From: Octopus vulgaris
Lineage: Eukaryota
Length of the DNA stretch: 64,000 nucleotides
Direction: 5' to 3'
Assembly: GCA_951406725.2 (NCBI GenBank)
Contig: OX597818.1
Coordinates: forward strand, 115,754,001 to 115,818,000
The notes under the pieces are model-generated. The model worked only from the letters and a program-made list of their open reading frames with translations. It was not told the origin of the DNA and did no database searches. Made by a program: the position numbers and the translations under genes. Below are positions 12,712 to 56,417 of this stretch, piece by piece; position 1 is the first letter of the stretch; the number at the start of each line of letters is the position of its first letter.

Positions 12712-15700
12712 AAAAATATTTTGCCTGCATACATGGTTGCATGTGCAACTGTTGGAGCACCTGCTATAAATGTTGTGCATTTAAAAAACAGCAGCTCCAG
12801 ATATCTTTAAAATTCACTGTGTTATTAACTGGCAATGCTTAGTTTGCAAGCATCACAACAAGGGAATTTGGCTGTTAGTTCTTGTATGTTGAGCAGTGGA
12901 ATGGAGGATGATATCTCATCAGTGGAATTTATATGAATTAATCTGATAAATAAAAGAAAGAAGTGATAATAATATTATTATAATATTGACTTCAAATCTT
13001 GTCAAAAGGTCAGCAATTTTAGCAGGAAGCAGGGCAAGTCAATTACATCGACCCCAGTACTAAACTGGTACCTATTTTGCCAACCCTGGAAAGTGACCTT
13101 GGCAGCATTTGAACTCAGATTTAAAAATGGACAAAATACCGCTAAGCAATTTTGAAAAGCATGCTAATGATTCAGTGAGCTCGTCACCTTAGTTACACAA
13201 AATATAGGTTTCAAATTTTGGCACAAAGCCAGTAATATTTGGGGGAGGGAGCAAGTTGAAGGATAGGCAAAGTCGACCTCCACGGAATTTGAACTCAGAA
13301 TGTAAAAATGGATGAAATGCCACTAATCAATTAACCTGTTGTGCTAACGATTCTGCCAGCTTGCCGCTAAAATACTATTATAATAACGAGGAAGAAATAT
13401 CTTCTTTCTGGTTGACGAAAATGGTTAATACTGATACTGGTTAAGAATAATCGTGGAAGGTTTAGCAAAGACATAAGAAATTAATGAAAAAAAATGGCAG
13501 GGAAATAACCAGGGATTTAAGAGAAATGAAAATAATTGTCCATGAAAAACTGAAAAAATTAAGTAACTTTAACATGGAAAGGAAAAATGAATAACAAAAA
13601 ATTATTTGTACCACACACACACATATACATGTATGTACATTCATGTGCACATGCACAAAGGCACTCAGATAAGCAGTTATGTGTATGCATACACACACAC
13701 ATATACATATACAGATACAGATACATATACATACATACATATATATATATATATGCATACATATATGTATATATTTCTTTATATATATTATACCTATTCA
13801 TTCTATTAACATTTATATATACATACACAGACACACATACACAAATGTATATATATTTATATATACATACATATTTATTTATACAGACATATATAACATA
13901 TATGTAGTTTTCTAGTCAACATTCTGCCATGGGTTAGCTCTCAAAGTAAGTTGGTCAGTTCTGGGACAGACCCTTACATTTTCTTTATATTTTGGGGTTT
14001 TTTTTTTTAGGAATATATAAAAAAAAAATTCTTGTAACTACATCTAAAACAATCTCTCTATGTGCAAATAACATTTCATACATACATACAATATTATTGG
14101 GAAATATGCCAAAGAGGATAAAAAAAAAAACAAATCATGGTTTTGAAATTTTTCATTAAATATTTTTTTTTAATAATCTTTTTTTAAGATTTTATTTTAT
14201 ATATTTATTTATTTATTTCAATTTTTTTAACATTTTTTTTTCCATATTTTGTTTTTTTTACATTCACTCTGCTTCTGTTGTTGTTTCTACACTAACAATA
14301 TAATTGTTTATAGCTTTGCTCAAGACTTCTATGATACAAACTTGCTGTTTTTAAAGAAATCTAAATTTGAATCTTTTATCAGAATTTCCTGTCAATTTAA
14401 GTTCTAAACGCTAGCTTAATAAAGACAGAGTTATTTTGCTAAATTCTTCATTATTTTGCTAAATTCTTCGTTTTTTTTCAAAATAATTTAAAACAAGGAC
14501 AGTGTAGTTCAACAGAAATGATTGTTACAAAAGAACTAAGTTACTGTTTGGTTGGCTCCAAGAGTCACAGTGTATTTCTTAGACTTGTCACGGCACCTAG
14601 CACTGGATTCTTAGCACCACATACTCCTGGTAAGTAAATTCCATTTGATAAGGCCCACAAAAACACCCTATCACTACTGAAATTCTTAAATTTAAATAGG
14701 AGAAACACGAGAGGAAAATTCTGATTTTTCAGATCAAGTCGCTTGTTTGAGAAAGTAAAAATGCTTGAAAGTTTTCATATAAAAATGTTAAAATTTTCTT
14801 CTTATCATGGCAAACAAACTTTTCCAAATTTACCGACTTCAGAGAATAAATTTTGGTGAAGTTAGTTACCATTTACCACTAGTTTCTTTGGATTTTATTT
14901 TCATATATTTTTTTTTTCATTTTATATAAACACTGACGAATTCTTCAAAGCCACTTTAAGTCAATATACTTCGTAAACAATATGTGAAGCTAATGTTTAA
15001 AAAAATAGAAAAAATAACAAAATAGTCTACTCCATAAAATGATTGATCAAATCATTGGATCATCATCAACATCATCGTCATTGTCAATATATATATATAT
15101 ATATATATTTCTTGTTTTTCATGCAAGCATCGTAGGTTGGATAGATATGCAATACAACATATTGTCATTTTATTTCTAGCCATTTAAACAGTTTAAATAT
15201 TTTACTCAATAAATACTAATTATTTATCAGTTACTTTTTTAGCTGGAAAATATTCTGCCTGTTGCTTCACAGGCTTCTCTCTCTGTCCATCTTGGATTTA
15301 TTATTTTTTTATTTTTTTATATAATTCTTATATCAAATTACAATAATACATGAGAATTTATTTAATTCATAATAACTTATATAATTAACGATGGCTGGGT
15401 GTATAAATTTTATATAACAATTTATATAATTTGCAATATCTTATATAACATCAGATTATATAATCTTTAATAAAAAATTATATTATTAACAATAACAATT
15501 TATATAATTCATAATGAATTATATAATACATAAAAATAAAGTTATATAATTGAAAAATAAAAATAAAAATAAAACCATAAATTCATAATAATAATTCCTG
15601 ATTGCAGTTTCCATGTGGAATGGTAAAAGTAGACAAAAAAAAAAAAGAAGGAAAAAAGCCAAAAGATAACAAAAAGACAAATAAAATGAAATTCGGTTTT

Positions 15701-15985
15701 ACAAGAATAGATCCGCTCTCTTTTGTCAGAGAATGTGGAATGAAATGAAAGCATCATATATTTTTGATGAGAGATATGCAATGTTACCTTTCTATGGCCA
15801 ATTTCCTGATTGGTTAAACAATGTCTTCACCTCATTAATAAAAAAAAAAAAAAAAAAATCAAAGTCCATGCTGTGTTAGTCTAAAAGATCAGGTGGCCAG
15901 CATCCGCTCTTCACATCTCCACATATAATTGTTGTTAACACTGTCATGCTTATTTTTCTGTTTTATAATAATCCTTCTTTTTCTC

Positions 15986-44400
<28,415 letters not shown>

Positions 44401-44433
44401 AATTCTTGCTCTGCTGGCCATTCCACCTCACAC

Positions 44434-44485
<52 letters not shown>

Positions 44486-44486
44486 T

Positions 44487-44534
<48 letters not shown>

Positions 44535-44545
44535 GCACACACACA

Positions 44546-45406
44546 CAGGGTGCGATGGGTAAATTATCGTAATTTCATATTTTTAATTTTGCGCGTGCGC
44601 ATTGTTTGTTTTTGATTCTGTCGATTACACAGTGTAGTAGGGTCAGTTGAGCACCGTCTGTGAGAAAAACGGCACCATGACGCAATTCACTCTGCCAGAG
44701 ATTTGGAACCGACATGCTGTAATGCTTGGTATTCACGCCGGAAGCTCCGTTACGAACATTTCAGAGTGACTGGGCGTCAATCTGAAGACATGTACCGAGA
44801 GTGATAAAAATCAAACATCCAGTCAACATCATGGTGTTTCGAGAGATCACTAGTGATGGCGGCGTTATGCCTTCGTTCATCTTCCCACACGGCCTCAGAC
44901 TCAACACGGAGGACTACATCAAGTGCCTGGAGGAGGTAGTGCTGCCCTGGGTAAGGAGGCTTGCTGGTGGAAGACCCTATGTCTAGCAACAGGATTCTGA
45001 ACCATGGCACACAAGCAAGAGAACGCAGTCTTGAATGTCAGACAATTTCCGCGACCACATCACCCCTAACGTCTGGCCACCTAATTCCCCAGACTACAAG
45101 CCCTTGATTATTATGTGTGAGGCGCAGTTGAGCAAGAGGCCAACTTCTTTGTAACACTAAAAGATGAACTGAAGGCAAGGATTATGGCAGCATTCACCAA
45201 CTTAATCAAGAAGACCATCCACAAGAGTTGCAGGAGATTCTGAAGTCGTCTGGCAGTTATGGTTGAAGCCAATGGCGATTTTATTCAGTAAATTTACTCT
45301 TTAGTGTTTCACGATATTTTTATGTAATTTTGGTAAATATATCTGTTAAAATGAAATATCAGTGTTCACTTCTGCGCAATTTAGACGACAAATTATTCAC
45401 CGCACC

Positions 45407-45409
<3 letters not shown>
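44546..45409 (+). mobile_element. Degenerate Tc1/mariner-superfamily transposon (DD37D, maT type), internally deleted
   Basis: Imperfect TIRs gggtgcgatgggtaaattatcgt / acgacaaattattcaccgcacccc. Transposase remnants HPVNIMVF...QQDSEPWH...WPPNSPDYKP(fs)LDYYV carry stops; D-to-D spacing is 37 after a 1-nt correction. Confidence 0.85.
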
Positions 45410-45469
<60 letters not shown>

Positions 45470-45755
45470 AAAAAGGAGATGTGGAACACGAGTTGTGATA
45501 TATAAAAAAAGGGAAATGAAGAAAATGCTGACAAAATAATTTAAGTAAGGGAGAGTGTATTTAATTAGGTGAAAGTTCTTTACCAGTTGCGCATTTGTTA
45601 TGCTTATCAAAAGATATATTTTTAAAAGAGATAGAGTTCCTTTCTGATAGTTTCTTATTTCTTTATTGCCCACAAGGGGCTAAACATAGAGGGGACAAAC
45701 AAGGACAGACAAACGGAGTAAGTCAATTATATCGACCCCAGTGCGTAACTGGTGT

Positions 45756-45790
<35 letters not shown>

Positions 45791-47260
45791 TAGAGAGAGA
45801 GAGAGAGAGATAGAGAGAGAGAGAGATAGGTATATATAGTTGTGTGTGTGTATGTGTGTATAGGTATGTAGGCATTAACGTAGCTGGGGGCGGGGTAGGA
45901 ATGGTCTACTCCGGACGGCACTTTTAAAGCGGTGGGACTTTTGGGTTTGTTGTAGGCAATACGTGTCTTTATGTGGGGTCCGGGGGCGACAAACGGAAGG
46001 GCCGCACCGGGCGGCACACACTCTAGCTACGCTAGTTTTTGTAGGTATAGTAGAAGACACTTGCCACGCAGCAGGACTGAGCCCAGAAACATGTCGCTGG
46101 GAAGCAAGCTTCTTACCACATAGCCACACCTGCGCCGCATATGTGTGCGTGTGTTTGTGTGTGTTGTGTGTGTATGTTAAAGAAATTTTATACGTTCGCT
46201 GTATAAGTTCTAAATTCAACTTAATTCGTTGTTAGTAATTGATAGTGTAAAGCTTAAGGTAATATCATTACTATATAATTAAGCATTTAAGTAGATTACT
46301 GATCTTAGTTTTAATTTCTTATTTCAGATTACCCATGGATTGTGTGAATTATTGGAAATATTCCATCAAATATCCTACAGTTTCATTTCATCCAGAAAAT
46401 ATTCTTTTCTATTTTAGGCACAAGGCCCGAAATTTTAGGGGAGGGAGTCAGTCGATTAGATCGACCTAAGTACGTAAAGGATGAAAAGCAAAGTCGACCT
46501 GGGCGGAATTTGAACTCAGAACGTAAAGACAGACTAAAAATTAGAAAGAATATCCTTTTCTACTCTAGGCACAAGGCTCGAAATTTTGTGGGAGGGAGGG
46601 AGCCAGTCGATTAGATTGACCTCACTAAGCAACTGGTACTTAATTTATCGAACCCGAAAGGATGAAAGCAAAGTCGACCTCGGCGGAATTTGAACCCAGA
46701 ACGTAAAGACAGACAACATACTGCTAAGCATTTCGCCCGGCATGCTAATGTTTCTTATTTCTTTATTGCCCACAAGGGGCTAAACATAGAGGGGACAAAC
46801 AAGGACAGACAAACGGAGTAAGTCAATTATATCGACACCAGTGCGTAACTGGTACTTAATTTATCGACCCCGAAAGAATGAAAGCAAAGTCGACCTCGGC
46901 GGAATTTGAACCCAGAACGTAGCGGCAGACGAAATACCTCAAAGCATTTCGCCCGGAGTCCTAACGTTTCTGCTGGCTCGCCGCCTTTTTCACGCAGAAA
47001 AAATTACGAGGTCCATGCGTTTTCCCTCTATGGCAGAGTTTCAAAATTACTCGTTTCGGTCATGCTGGGGCACTGCTTTGAAGAGTTTAGCCGAGTATGT
47101 ATTTATTAACTTTAATTCTTATTCTATCGGCTTCCTTTGCCGAACCGCTGTTACAGGACGTAAACAAACACAAAGACACGAAAACAATTTGTAACATGCA
47201 TACGCGCAATACATACATACAAGCGTACATAAATACGTACATGCGTACATACATCTATAA

Positions 47261-47724
<464 letters not shown>

Positions 47725-49578
47725 CAAGTATTCAACCCAGTGAACTCATGAGTTTTGTGGGCGCGATTTTGTGTGACATTTGGAAACCGTAAAAGCGGGC
47801 AGCCACATGGTTTTATGATGATTTTCGAGCAACGAAAACACTGAATCACGTGATTAGTAATGGCGTATATGAAGTAGGCAAGTTTTCTCTCGAATCCTAT
47901 GAGATTTCCAAGGTAAACACAAAATCTAAGCCACATAATTGTGATAAAACTTTAGTTTTATCTTCGTTGTCTGCTGTAATTAAAGACGTCCTGACGCACA
48001 ATGAATAGGAAATTGCATAGGTAATCTCTTTGAGTAACTCATCAGCATCGACGTGCAATGATGAAATGGTGAAAGATGAACAATTGCGAAGAAGGCAGAT
48101 TTTATTAAAAATTGATGACTATTTTTGGGATAATAACGTCTTTCAGAATGTTTGCCTCAAGAGGCAATGCTTTTTGACAAGAGGTTGAAAACAGACACGA
48201 ACAATGAAACCATCTTTAAAGAAAATGGTATCATAACTAGGAAAACAATATGATGATGGAAGCACTCCGTCGGTTACGACGACGAGGGTTCCGGTTGATC
48301 CGAATCAATGGAACAGCCTGCTCGTGAAATTAACGTGTAAGTGGCTGAGCACTCCACAGACACGTGTACCCTTAACGTAGTTCTCGGGGATATTCAGCGT
48401 GACATAGAGAGTGACAAGGCCGGCCCTTTGAAATACAGGTACAACAGAAACAGGAAGTAAGAGTGAGAGAAAGTTGTGGTGAAAGAGTACAGCAGGGATC
48501 ACCACCATCCCCTGCCGGAGCCTCGTGGAGCTTTTAGGTGTTTCCGCTCAATAAACACTCACAACGCCCGGTCCGGGAATCGAAACCGCGATCCTATGAC
48601 CGCGAGTCCGCTGCCCTAACCACTGGGCCATTGCGCCTCCACCGAGGCTCTGTACAATATAACGCTTGTGCAAGTGATGGCGCTACCTCTGCGATAAGTA
48701 ACTGTAGAGAATTCAATCCTGATTTCAAAATTACTGTACCTAAGCTTTTTGCATTCATTTCCATAGTTTATCATGTAGTGATACTATAACGGTGCGCGCG
48801 CGCGCACCGTCCATTTTCTATTTCGCGCGTGTTGGTGCCTTAAGAGGCTCCTTCTACAATCATGAACATTTAGTAGTAAAACAACGGGGAAAATACTGTT
48901 CTATATTTGAGAGAGGTGGAATTATGTACATTATTTACATTATTTACATTTGACGGATATTTGTCCTCATCAAGTTCGAAGTTTCCTCAGGACATCTGAA
49001 GAAGGCTGGAAGGCATATCAGCCGAGACGTTGTGTTAACAACAAACAAGGCGAGGACAAATATCTGTCAAATGTAAATAACGCAAATAACGGGGGAAATG
49101 TCTGTAAAATGCCCTTATAGCTGTAATAAAAATTGTCAATTTTTGTCAAATCAAATGTAGGCGCTGAAGAATAGAAATTGAAATGGCTTCCAAAAACGAC
49201 AATTGTCTTTATTGCATTGTTGTACTTCGTGAAAGGATTGCGACATTTCTGGATTGTACGAGACTAGACGAATTGTTGGTTGTTGCCGGATCAAAGCTTA
49301 ATTTGCTGAAGAGTCACAAGAAAACCGCACATACATACATAATACATACATACATACATACATACATACATACATACATACATACATACATACATACACA
49401 CATACACATACATACATACATACATACATACATACATACATACATACACACATACATACATACATATATACATACACACATACATACATACATACATACA
49501 TACACACATACATACATACATATATACATACATACATACATACATACATACAAACATACATACATACATACGTACATA

Positions 49579-49850
49579 CTTTGAACTAATGGGAAATCTG
49601 CAGTTACTCTATCCGGGTTACAAGTTTTGTTTATACCTGTAATTATTGGGGTCCTAGGATATGTAGCACACTTCCTAAATACCAATCTTGAGGAATTAAG
49701 CTTCTCAAAACCAGAAAGGAGAAAGCTAATTCAAAGACGACAGATCCAATCCATCACTGGAACCGTAAAAATCTATAAAACTTTCCAGAAGTTTATCATT
49801 TAGATATCTATGAGCATGTCTAGATATGTAACTATATGCATGAGAAGACA
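49579..49850 (+). mobile_element. R4/Dong-like 3' fragment, second subfamily
   Basis: ELMGNLQLLYPGYKF/IPVIIGVLGYV...QIQSITGTVKIYKTFQKFII*; flanked by (TACA)n. Confidence 0.7.
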
Positions 49851-49957
49851 TACATAAAACAAAGCATACAAATCTGCACATATACATACACACATACATG
49901 CATACATACATGAATACATACATAATACATACATACATACATACATACATACATACA

Positions 49958-49989
<32 letters not shown>

Positions 49990-49994
49990 CATAC

Positions 49995-50065
<71 letters not shown>

Positions 50066-50109
50066 TGTATGTATGTATCTACCTATCCAGCAATCTGTCT
50101 TAAAGAATA

Positions 50110-50171
<62 letters not shown>

Positions 50172-52407
50172 TGTGTATGGGCGCGCGCGCGCGCGTGTGT
50201 GTGTGTGATTGTGTACGTGTGCATCCGTACATATATGTATCGGTTTGTTCAGCTAGTTGAACGAACTGACAGATGAAACCTCGGCGAAACTTGAAACCTC
50301 GGTCAACTTGATCTTCACAATATATTTGACTCTAGTCTCAGCATGGAATCATCCCCTTAAAACATGTTCCGTTGTCTTTCTTAAACGTACTTTAAAATAA
50401 CTATTTTACCACTCGTACACACAGACATGCACACAAATCAACACATACGGATATATTTGCTTATATTTTCCCATTAAATATACGAGTTTTACAGTTTTTT
50501 TATATATCTATATTTGTGTGTCCGTGTGTGTATGTATTATATATAATTTTTGCCATGTTTCTTTTTGAGAGTTGCCATTTAAGGCAAAATTCCACTACAT
50601 AGAGTAGAATAGATTTATATAATTATGTATAACATTTATGCATACAGTGAACAATATGTTATGAAGTCAAGAATTAAAAAGGAAATAGCATATAGTATAT
50701 CTTATGTAGAACGCAAAAAGGGGAGTTAGAAGATTAGTGGTGGAAGCTACCGGGAACAAATTATACATTTATACTAAAATTATACAGTTTAGTATAAATT
50801 ATACTAAAATTATACAATTATATATTTATACTAAAAGAAGCTTAATGTCAATGCTCAAAAATAGCATTGTGACGACTCTGCTATCTATAGTCCTGCTGGC
50901 TTAAGAAAACAGTATCCAAATAAGGGCATTTGAAATGTCTACGGTAACAGACGGCCATATTTTACTTTCATTCTTTCCGATTCTGTTTTCGTTTGGAGTG
51001 CAGATCACGCGGTTACAGGATCGATATATGTCATCGTTATACAACAGATGTAAGAAACTCGATAGGCGGTTCTTCGACCATAACAAAATTAATAGTTAAA
51101 TGATACAAAGAGCGTATTGTTTCATGCGATTTATTTTCGAAGCTAATTTACTTGTCTTGCATATTTTAATCTTTTAATGTACATCTTTAACGCCAGCAAA
51201 ATTCAATAAATGTACTTATCAAGGCTGTTATTTTAATCCACTCGTAGTTTTAAATAATACAGCCTTGAGCATATTTCAGTGGATTAACTGATTAAATACT
51301 GCTTTTGTATAAATATTTATATAACTTTAAAAAATGACGATCGAAACTTGCATTCAATAGATTATTTTCCAGCCGATAAAACAATATTGATTATTGCTAC
51401 TCTTCTGGGCTGGATCTTTCGATGATTTTTTTTACATCGTTGCTTTACAATCATGTCACCTTCAAATACCTAACACATCTGAGTTTAATTCGTCGATTTA
51501 AAACAAAATCAAGCAAAAATGGAGAGAACTTCTTTTTACGAATTCCATCTATTATGGCGGGATAAGTAAACCGCTTTACATGTAAGATTTAAAGTGAGGC
51601 TCACAACTTAACAATACAGTGATAAAGAACTATACTTTTGAAGCGTAAGTTGTTGTTTTGCTTATTTCTTTATTGCCCACAAGGGGCTAAACATAGAGGG
51701 GACAAACAAGGACAGACAAAGGGAATAAGTCGATTACATCGATCCCAGTGCGTAACTGGTACTTAATTTATCGACCCCGAAAGGATGAAAGGCAAAGTCG
51801 ACCTCGGCGGAATTTGAACTCAGAACATAACGGCAGACGAAATGCTGGTAAGCATTTCGTCCGGCGTGCTAACATTTCTGCCAGCTCGCCGCCTTGTATG
51901 TTTTGCCCTGTATCGACCTTAATATAGCAGACCCTTGATCAAAGACATTCAAATCTCTTTAGAGTCAAGATATACTTTATCAACCAACAGCTGCTAATTC
52001 TGTACAAGGCTCAGATGAAAAAGTGGTTCCTCATCCGGGGCGACGCTGATGCTGCTTCAGACACAGACGTCATAAAATTCGTCTAAAGAAAGACCACCCG
52101 TTTGACAGATGTGGAGTCGCTCTTCAACACACGTACCAAAATCTGTGCCACAGGCATGCTGTCTCTTTTTTCTGCCCTTGTCTATCGATACGACAACAAC
52201 CCTTTCCTTCGCAAGCTGGTATCATATCATTTATATTTGGCCCCTTTCAACTCATTCGACTCTTCTCTTATCACTTCTATTATTTCTGCCCCACGGCCAA
52301 TACTTCCTTTCCTCCTCCTCGGAACGTCAGCTTATGGAATTTTCATTTGGGTTATGTTTTTTCTGCAATCGTTCAACTGAACATTGACTGTATCAGCTTC
52401 CATGTCA

Positions 52408-52780
52408 TAGGCTCTCAGGGACCATAGACAGAGCTTCTTAGAGGACAGGAATGGCTGTGATGCTAAGATGTTCGCTTCACAACCACGCATGTCTCAGGCT
52501 GTCTAGCACCATAGGCACAGCTTCTTAGGGGACAGGCATAGCTGTGACGCTAAGATGTTCTCTTCACAACTACGCATCTCTCAGGTTCTCTGAGACCATA
52601 AGCACAGCTTCTTAGAGGACAGGAATGGCTGTGATACTAAGATGTTCGCTTCACAACCACGCATGTCTCAGGCTCTCTGGGACCATAGGCACAGTTTCTT
52701 AGAGGACAGGCATGCCTGTGACGCTAAGATATTCATTTCACAACCACGCATGTCTAAGAATTTCTGGGACCATAGGCACA
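52408..52780. repeat. 87-bp minisatellite, ~4.3 copies, abutting the Helitron fragment
   Basis: The accata motif recurs from ~52420 at 87-bp steps to ~52768. Confidence 0.9.
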
Positions 52781-53385
52781 TTGCAAAACTAACTCTTACT
52801 GAAAATTGAAGTCTCTTCAATTCAAAGAGCATGTCTGCTGGAATTAGTGGAACTCTTGGAATAAACACATTTCCTCCCTTTCTTTGTCCAGGGAGGATTG
52901 TTGCTTCCAAAAGATGTGGATGTATTTGCCAGTTAATCAGTTTTGTTCCATTGCGCATCTTTGGAGGATCCAGATTTCTCAAAAGCATGATTGGAACTCC
53001 TTTCTTCAAAGTCAATTTGTGAGAAGGCGCTCCAGGAAGATCCAGAGCTAGGAAACTCAGCAGGATAATTCACTGCCTCATTGAGGCCCACAACAATTTC
53101 AATTAAGAAATGATTTTTTTTCCTTGGTATTGATTGATTTCATAAGTTTCCAATTGACAACTTGGATAGTTTCATTCTTTGGTGCTAATATGGCTCTTTC
53201 CCAAAGCCAATCCTGATCTTGAAAATTATGTCCAATGTTTGGATAAACCTTGGTAATCAGCTCTTCTACAATTTTGACCAAAATGTCAGAGCCATTTGGA
53301 AAAGTGATGTCTTCATTACTGTCTTGCTGAATGCTTCCATTTCCCAGATCCAGTAGCTGAGCTGCAAATCTTCCAGCATCCAAAT
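52780..53385 (-). mobile_element. Helitron RepHel PIF1-helicase fragment (pseudogenised)
   Basis: FAAQLLDLGNG...WLWERAILAPKNE...PSHKLTLKKGVPIMLLRNLDPPK..NGTKL...FIPRVPLIP..FELKRLQFSVRVSFAM, with frameshifts. Confidence 0.9.
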
Positions 53386-53629
53386 CTTTGAATAAATTGA
53401 CTTCGCAGAAAGTCCGATCCGGCCGGAAGTTCGATCAGGCAGGAAAGTTCGATTTGGGCCGAGACCTCACGAACATGTAACCTCTCCCTCTAACTTGGAT
53501 CTAGTTTTAAACGAACTGAATTGAAAAGATTTTATAAATTCACACTTTTGGTATTACTTTAAATTCAGTTTAATTGAATATATGTATGTATATATATACA
53601 CAATATATATATAAACATAAACACACAGT

Positions 53630-53673
<44 letters not shown>

Positions 53674-53963
53674 ATAAACACACATATATATATATATATA
53701 CATACATATACACACACACTCACAATATATAGATTCAAGTAATCCAGTAGTACTCATACAAAACGCTCCTTAATGTGACATTGCATGCATATATGTATGT
53801 ACATATGTATGCATGTATATATGTATGCATGCATGCATGTATGTATATATGTATGTATATATGTATATATATGTATATATATATATATATATATGTATGT
53901 ATATATGTATATATGTATATGCATGTATGTATTTATGTATGTATGTATATGTGAAGGTATGCA

Positions 53964-54700
53964 TTCGTGGTTGAAACCTTTTGGATTAACTGGTGCTAGA
54001 GTGAGCAATATAGTGACCACTCTCTTATATTTATTTTGTAAAAATATTATAATATGTTATAAAATATTATAATAATCCAGGTTTCTCGTAGCACTAGGCC
54101 ACTTGGTGTGGAATAAATATACTATTAAATTAGTATCTAATTCTCTCACCCTTATTAATTAATTATAATTATGCTGCATTTATTTCTAAATGCTGTATTT
54201 GTTTTCCGTGAGAGTTTGGCGCGCTGTTGGTTGGGGCATTTGAATTATAACGTCGGATGTAATCAATTGAACCACACGCGTATTTATCGTTATGGTAAAA
54301 TCTGGCGTGTGATTGAGTGGATTTCATCCAGATAGTCTTGGCTGACGAGCTACAAATGGATTTTTGTAAGTAATATTACATTTAATTCATTAATAGCGAA
54401 ACAATTGTCCCAAAATAATCTGTATTTTTGTTATTTTTTATTTGCCCTGTCCGTGTGAGCTAACAGTCGTACTGGCTTTCATGGGAAACATGTATTTTCG
54501 TGGTTGAAACCTTTTGGATTAACTGGTGCTAGAGTGAGCAATATAGTGACCACTCTCTTATATTTATTTTGTAAAAATATTATAATATGTTATAAAATAT
54601 TATAATAATCCAGGTTTCTCGTAGCACTAGGCCACTTGGTGTGGAATAAATATACTATTAAATTAGTATCTAATTCTCTCACCCTTATTAATTAATTATA
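53964..54700 (+). mobile_element. Non-autonomous Penelope-like/retrozyme-like element with 204-bp direct repeats
   Basis: 53964-54167 appears identical to 54497-54700 (period 533); HHR lies between them; embedded in TA/TATG microsatellite. Confidence 0.65.
54338..54413 (+). ncRNA. Type I hammerhead ribozyme within a 533-bp repeat unit
   Basis: ttgg CTGACGA gcta...tagc GAAAC aatt GTC ccaa; palindromic acaattgt. Confidence 0.8.
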
Positions 54701-55370
54701 TATATATGTATATATGTATGTATATATGTATGTATTATGTATGTATATATGTATGTATGTATGTATATATGTATATATATATGTATGTATATATATATGT
54801 ATGTATATATGTATATATGCATGTATGTATTTATGTATGTATGTATGTATATGTGAAGGTATGCATGTATAACTATATATATATATATATGTATGTATAT
54901 ATGTATGTATATGAGTATGTATGTATTATGTATGTATGTATGTAAGTATGTATGTATGTATGTATGTATGTATGTATGTATGTATGTATGTATGTATGTA
55001 TGTATGTATGTATGTATGTTCGTTCACATATTCATAAAAATTCCAATCATTTCTCAGTTATGATTAAATTTAACCTCTTGATAGGTATAAACTGGGGAAC
55101 CTCCAATTTATACTCTGAAAGGGGAAATTTTCAATACCAAAATTTTCTTTTATTCTAGCCGCGATTTAAAGTTCCTTACTTGAGCAGCTTTTAACAATTC
55201 AACATTCATTGTCTGAAAATGCTTTCCATCGTTCTTCATGTTGTTAATAACTTTCTCCTTCATTCCTCATGCGGTTGAAACGTTGAAACTCATGGCGACT
55301 ACTTGAAGAATGATTAGATGCGTTTTCGTGTCAAAGAAAAATCCCGAAGAATGGCCGTTACACACACAAC

Positions 55371-55423
<53 letters not shown>

Positions 55424-55483
55424 AATAGGGGAAAAATTCAATGTTTGCAGAGAATATATTTATATATTTGTGTGTGCGGGACG

Positions 55484-55955
55484 TGTATGTATGCATGTAT
55501 GCATGTATGTATGTATGTATGTATGTATGTATGTATGCATATATATAAGTATGTATGTATGTATGTATGTATGTATGTATGTATGTATGTATGTATGTAT
55601 GCATGCATGCATGCATGTATGTATGTATGTATGCATGCATGCATGTATGTATGTATGTATGTATGTATGTATGTATGTATGTATGTATGTATGCATGCAT
55701 GCATGTATGTATGTATGTATGTATGTATGTATGTATGTATGTATGTATGTATGTATGCAGTATGTATGTATGTATGTATGTATGTATGCATGCATGCATG
55801 TATGTATGTATGTATGCATGCATGCATGTATGTATGTATGTATGTATGCATGCATGTATGTATGTATGTATGTATGTATGCATGCATACGTATGTATGTA
55901 TGTATGTATGTATGTATGTATGTATGTATGTATGTATATATGTATGTATGTATGC

Positions 55956-55987
<32 letters not shown>

Positions 55988-56076
55988 TTGTATGTATGTA
56001 TGCATTTATGTATGCATGCATGTATGTATGTATGCATGTATGTATGTATGTATGTATATATGTATGTATGTATGCA

Positions 56077-56111
<35 letters not shown>

Positions 56112-56417
56112 TTGTATGTATGTATGTATTTATGTATGCATGCATGTATGTATGTATGCATGTATGTATGTATGTATGTATGTATATATGTATGTATGTA
56201 TGCATATATGTATGTATGTATGTTTGTATGTATGTATGTTTGTATGTATGTATGCATTTATGTATGCATGCATGTATGTATGTATGCATGTATGTATGTA
56301 TGTATGTATGTATGTATGTTTGTATGTATGTATGCATTTATGTATGCATGTATGTATGTATGTATGTATGTATGCATGCATGCATGCATGCATGCATGTA
56401 TGTATGTATGTATGTAT
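55484..56417. repeat. ~930-bp (GTAT)/(GCAT)n microsatellite; similar arrays at ~16418-16760, 38103-38272, 49330-49578 and 61516-61665
   Basis: Seen directly. Confidence 0.97.

Noticed and set aside
55180-55212. Alternative arrestin first exon (MNVELLKAAQ|gtaagg, minus strand)
   Set aside because: Ends in phase 0, but exon 2 requires phase 2
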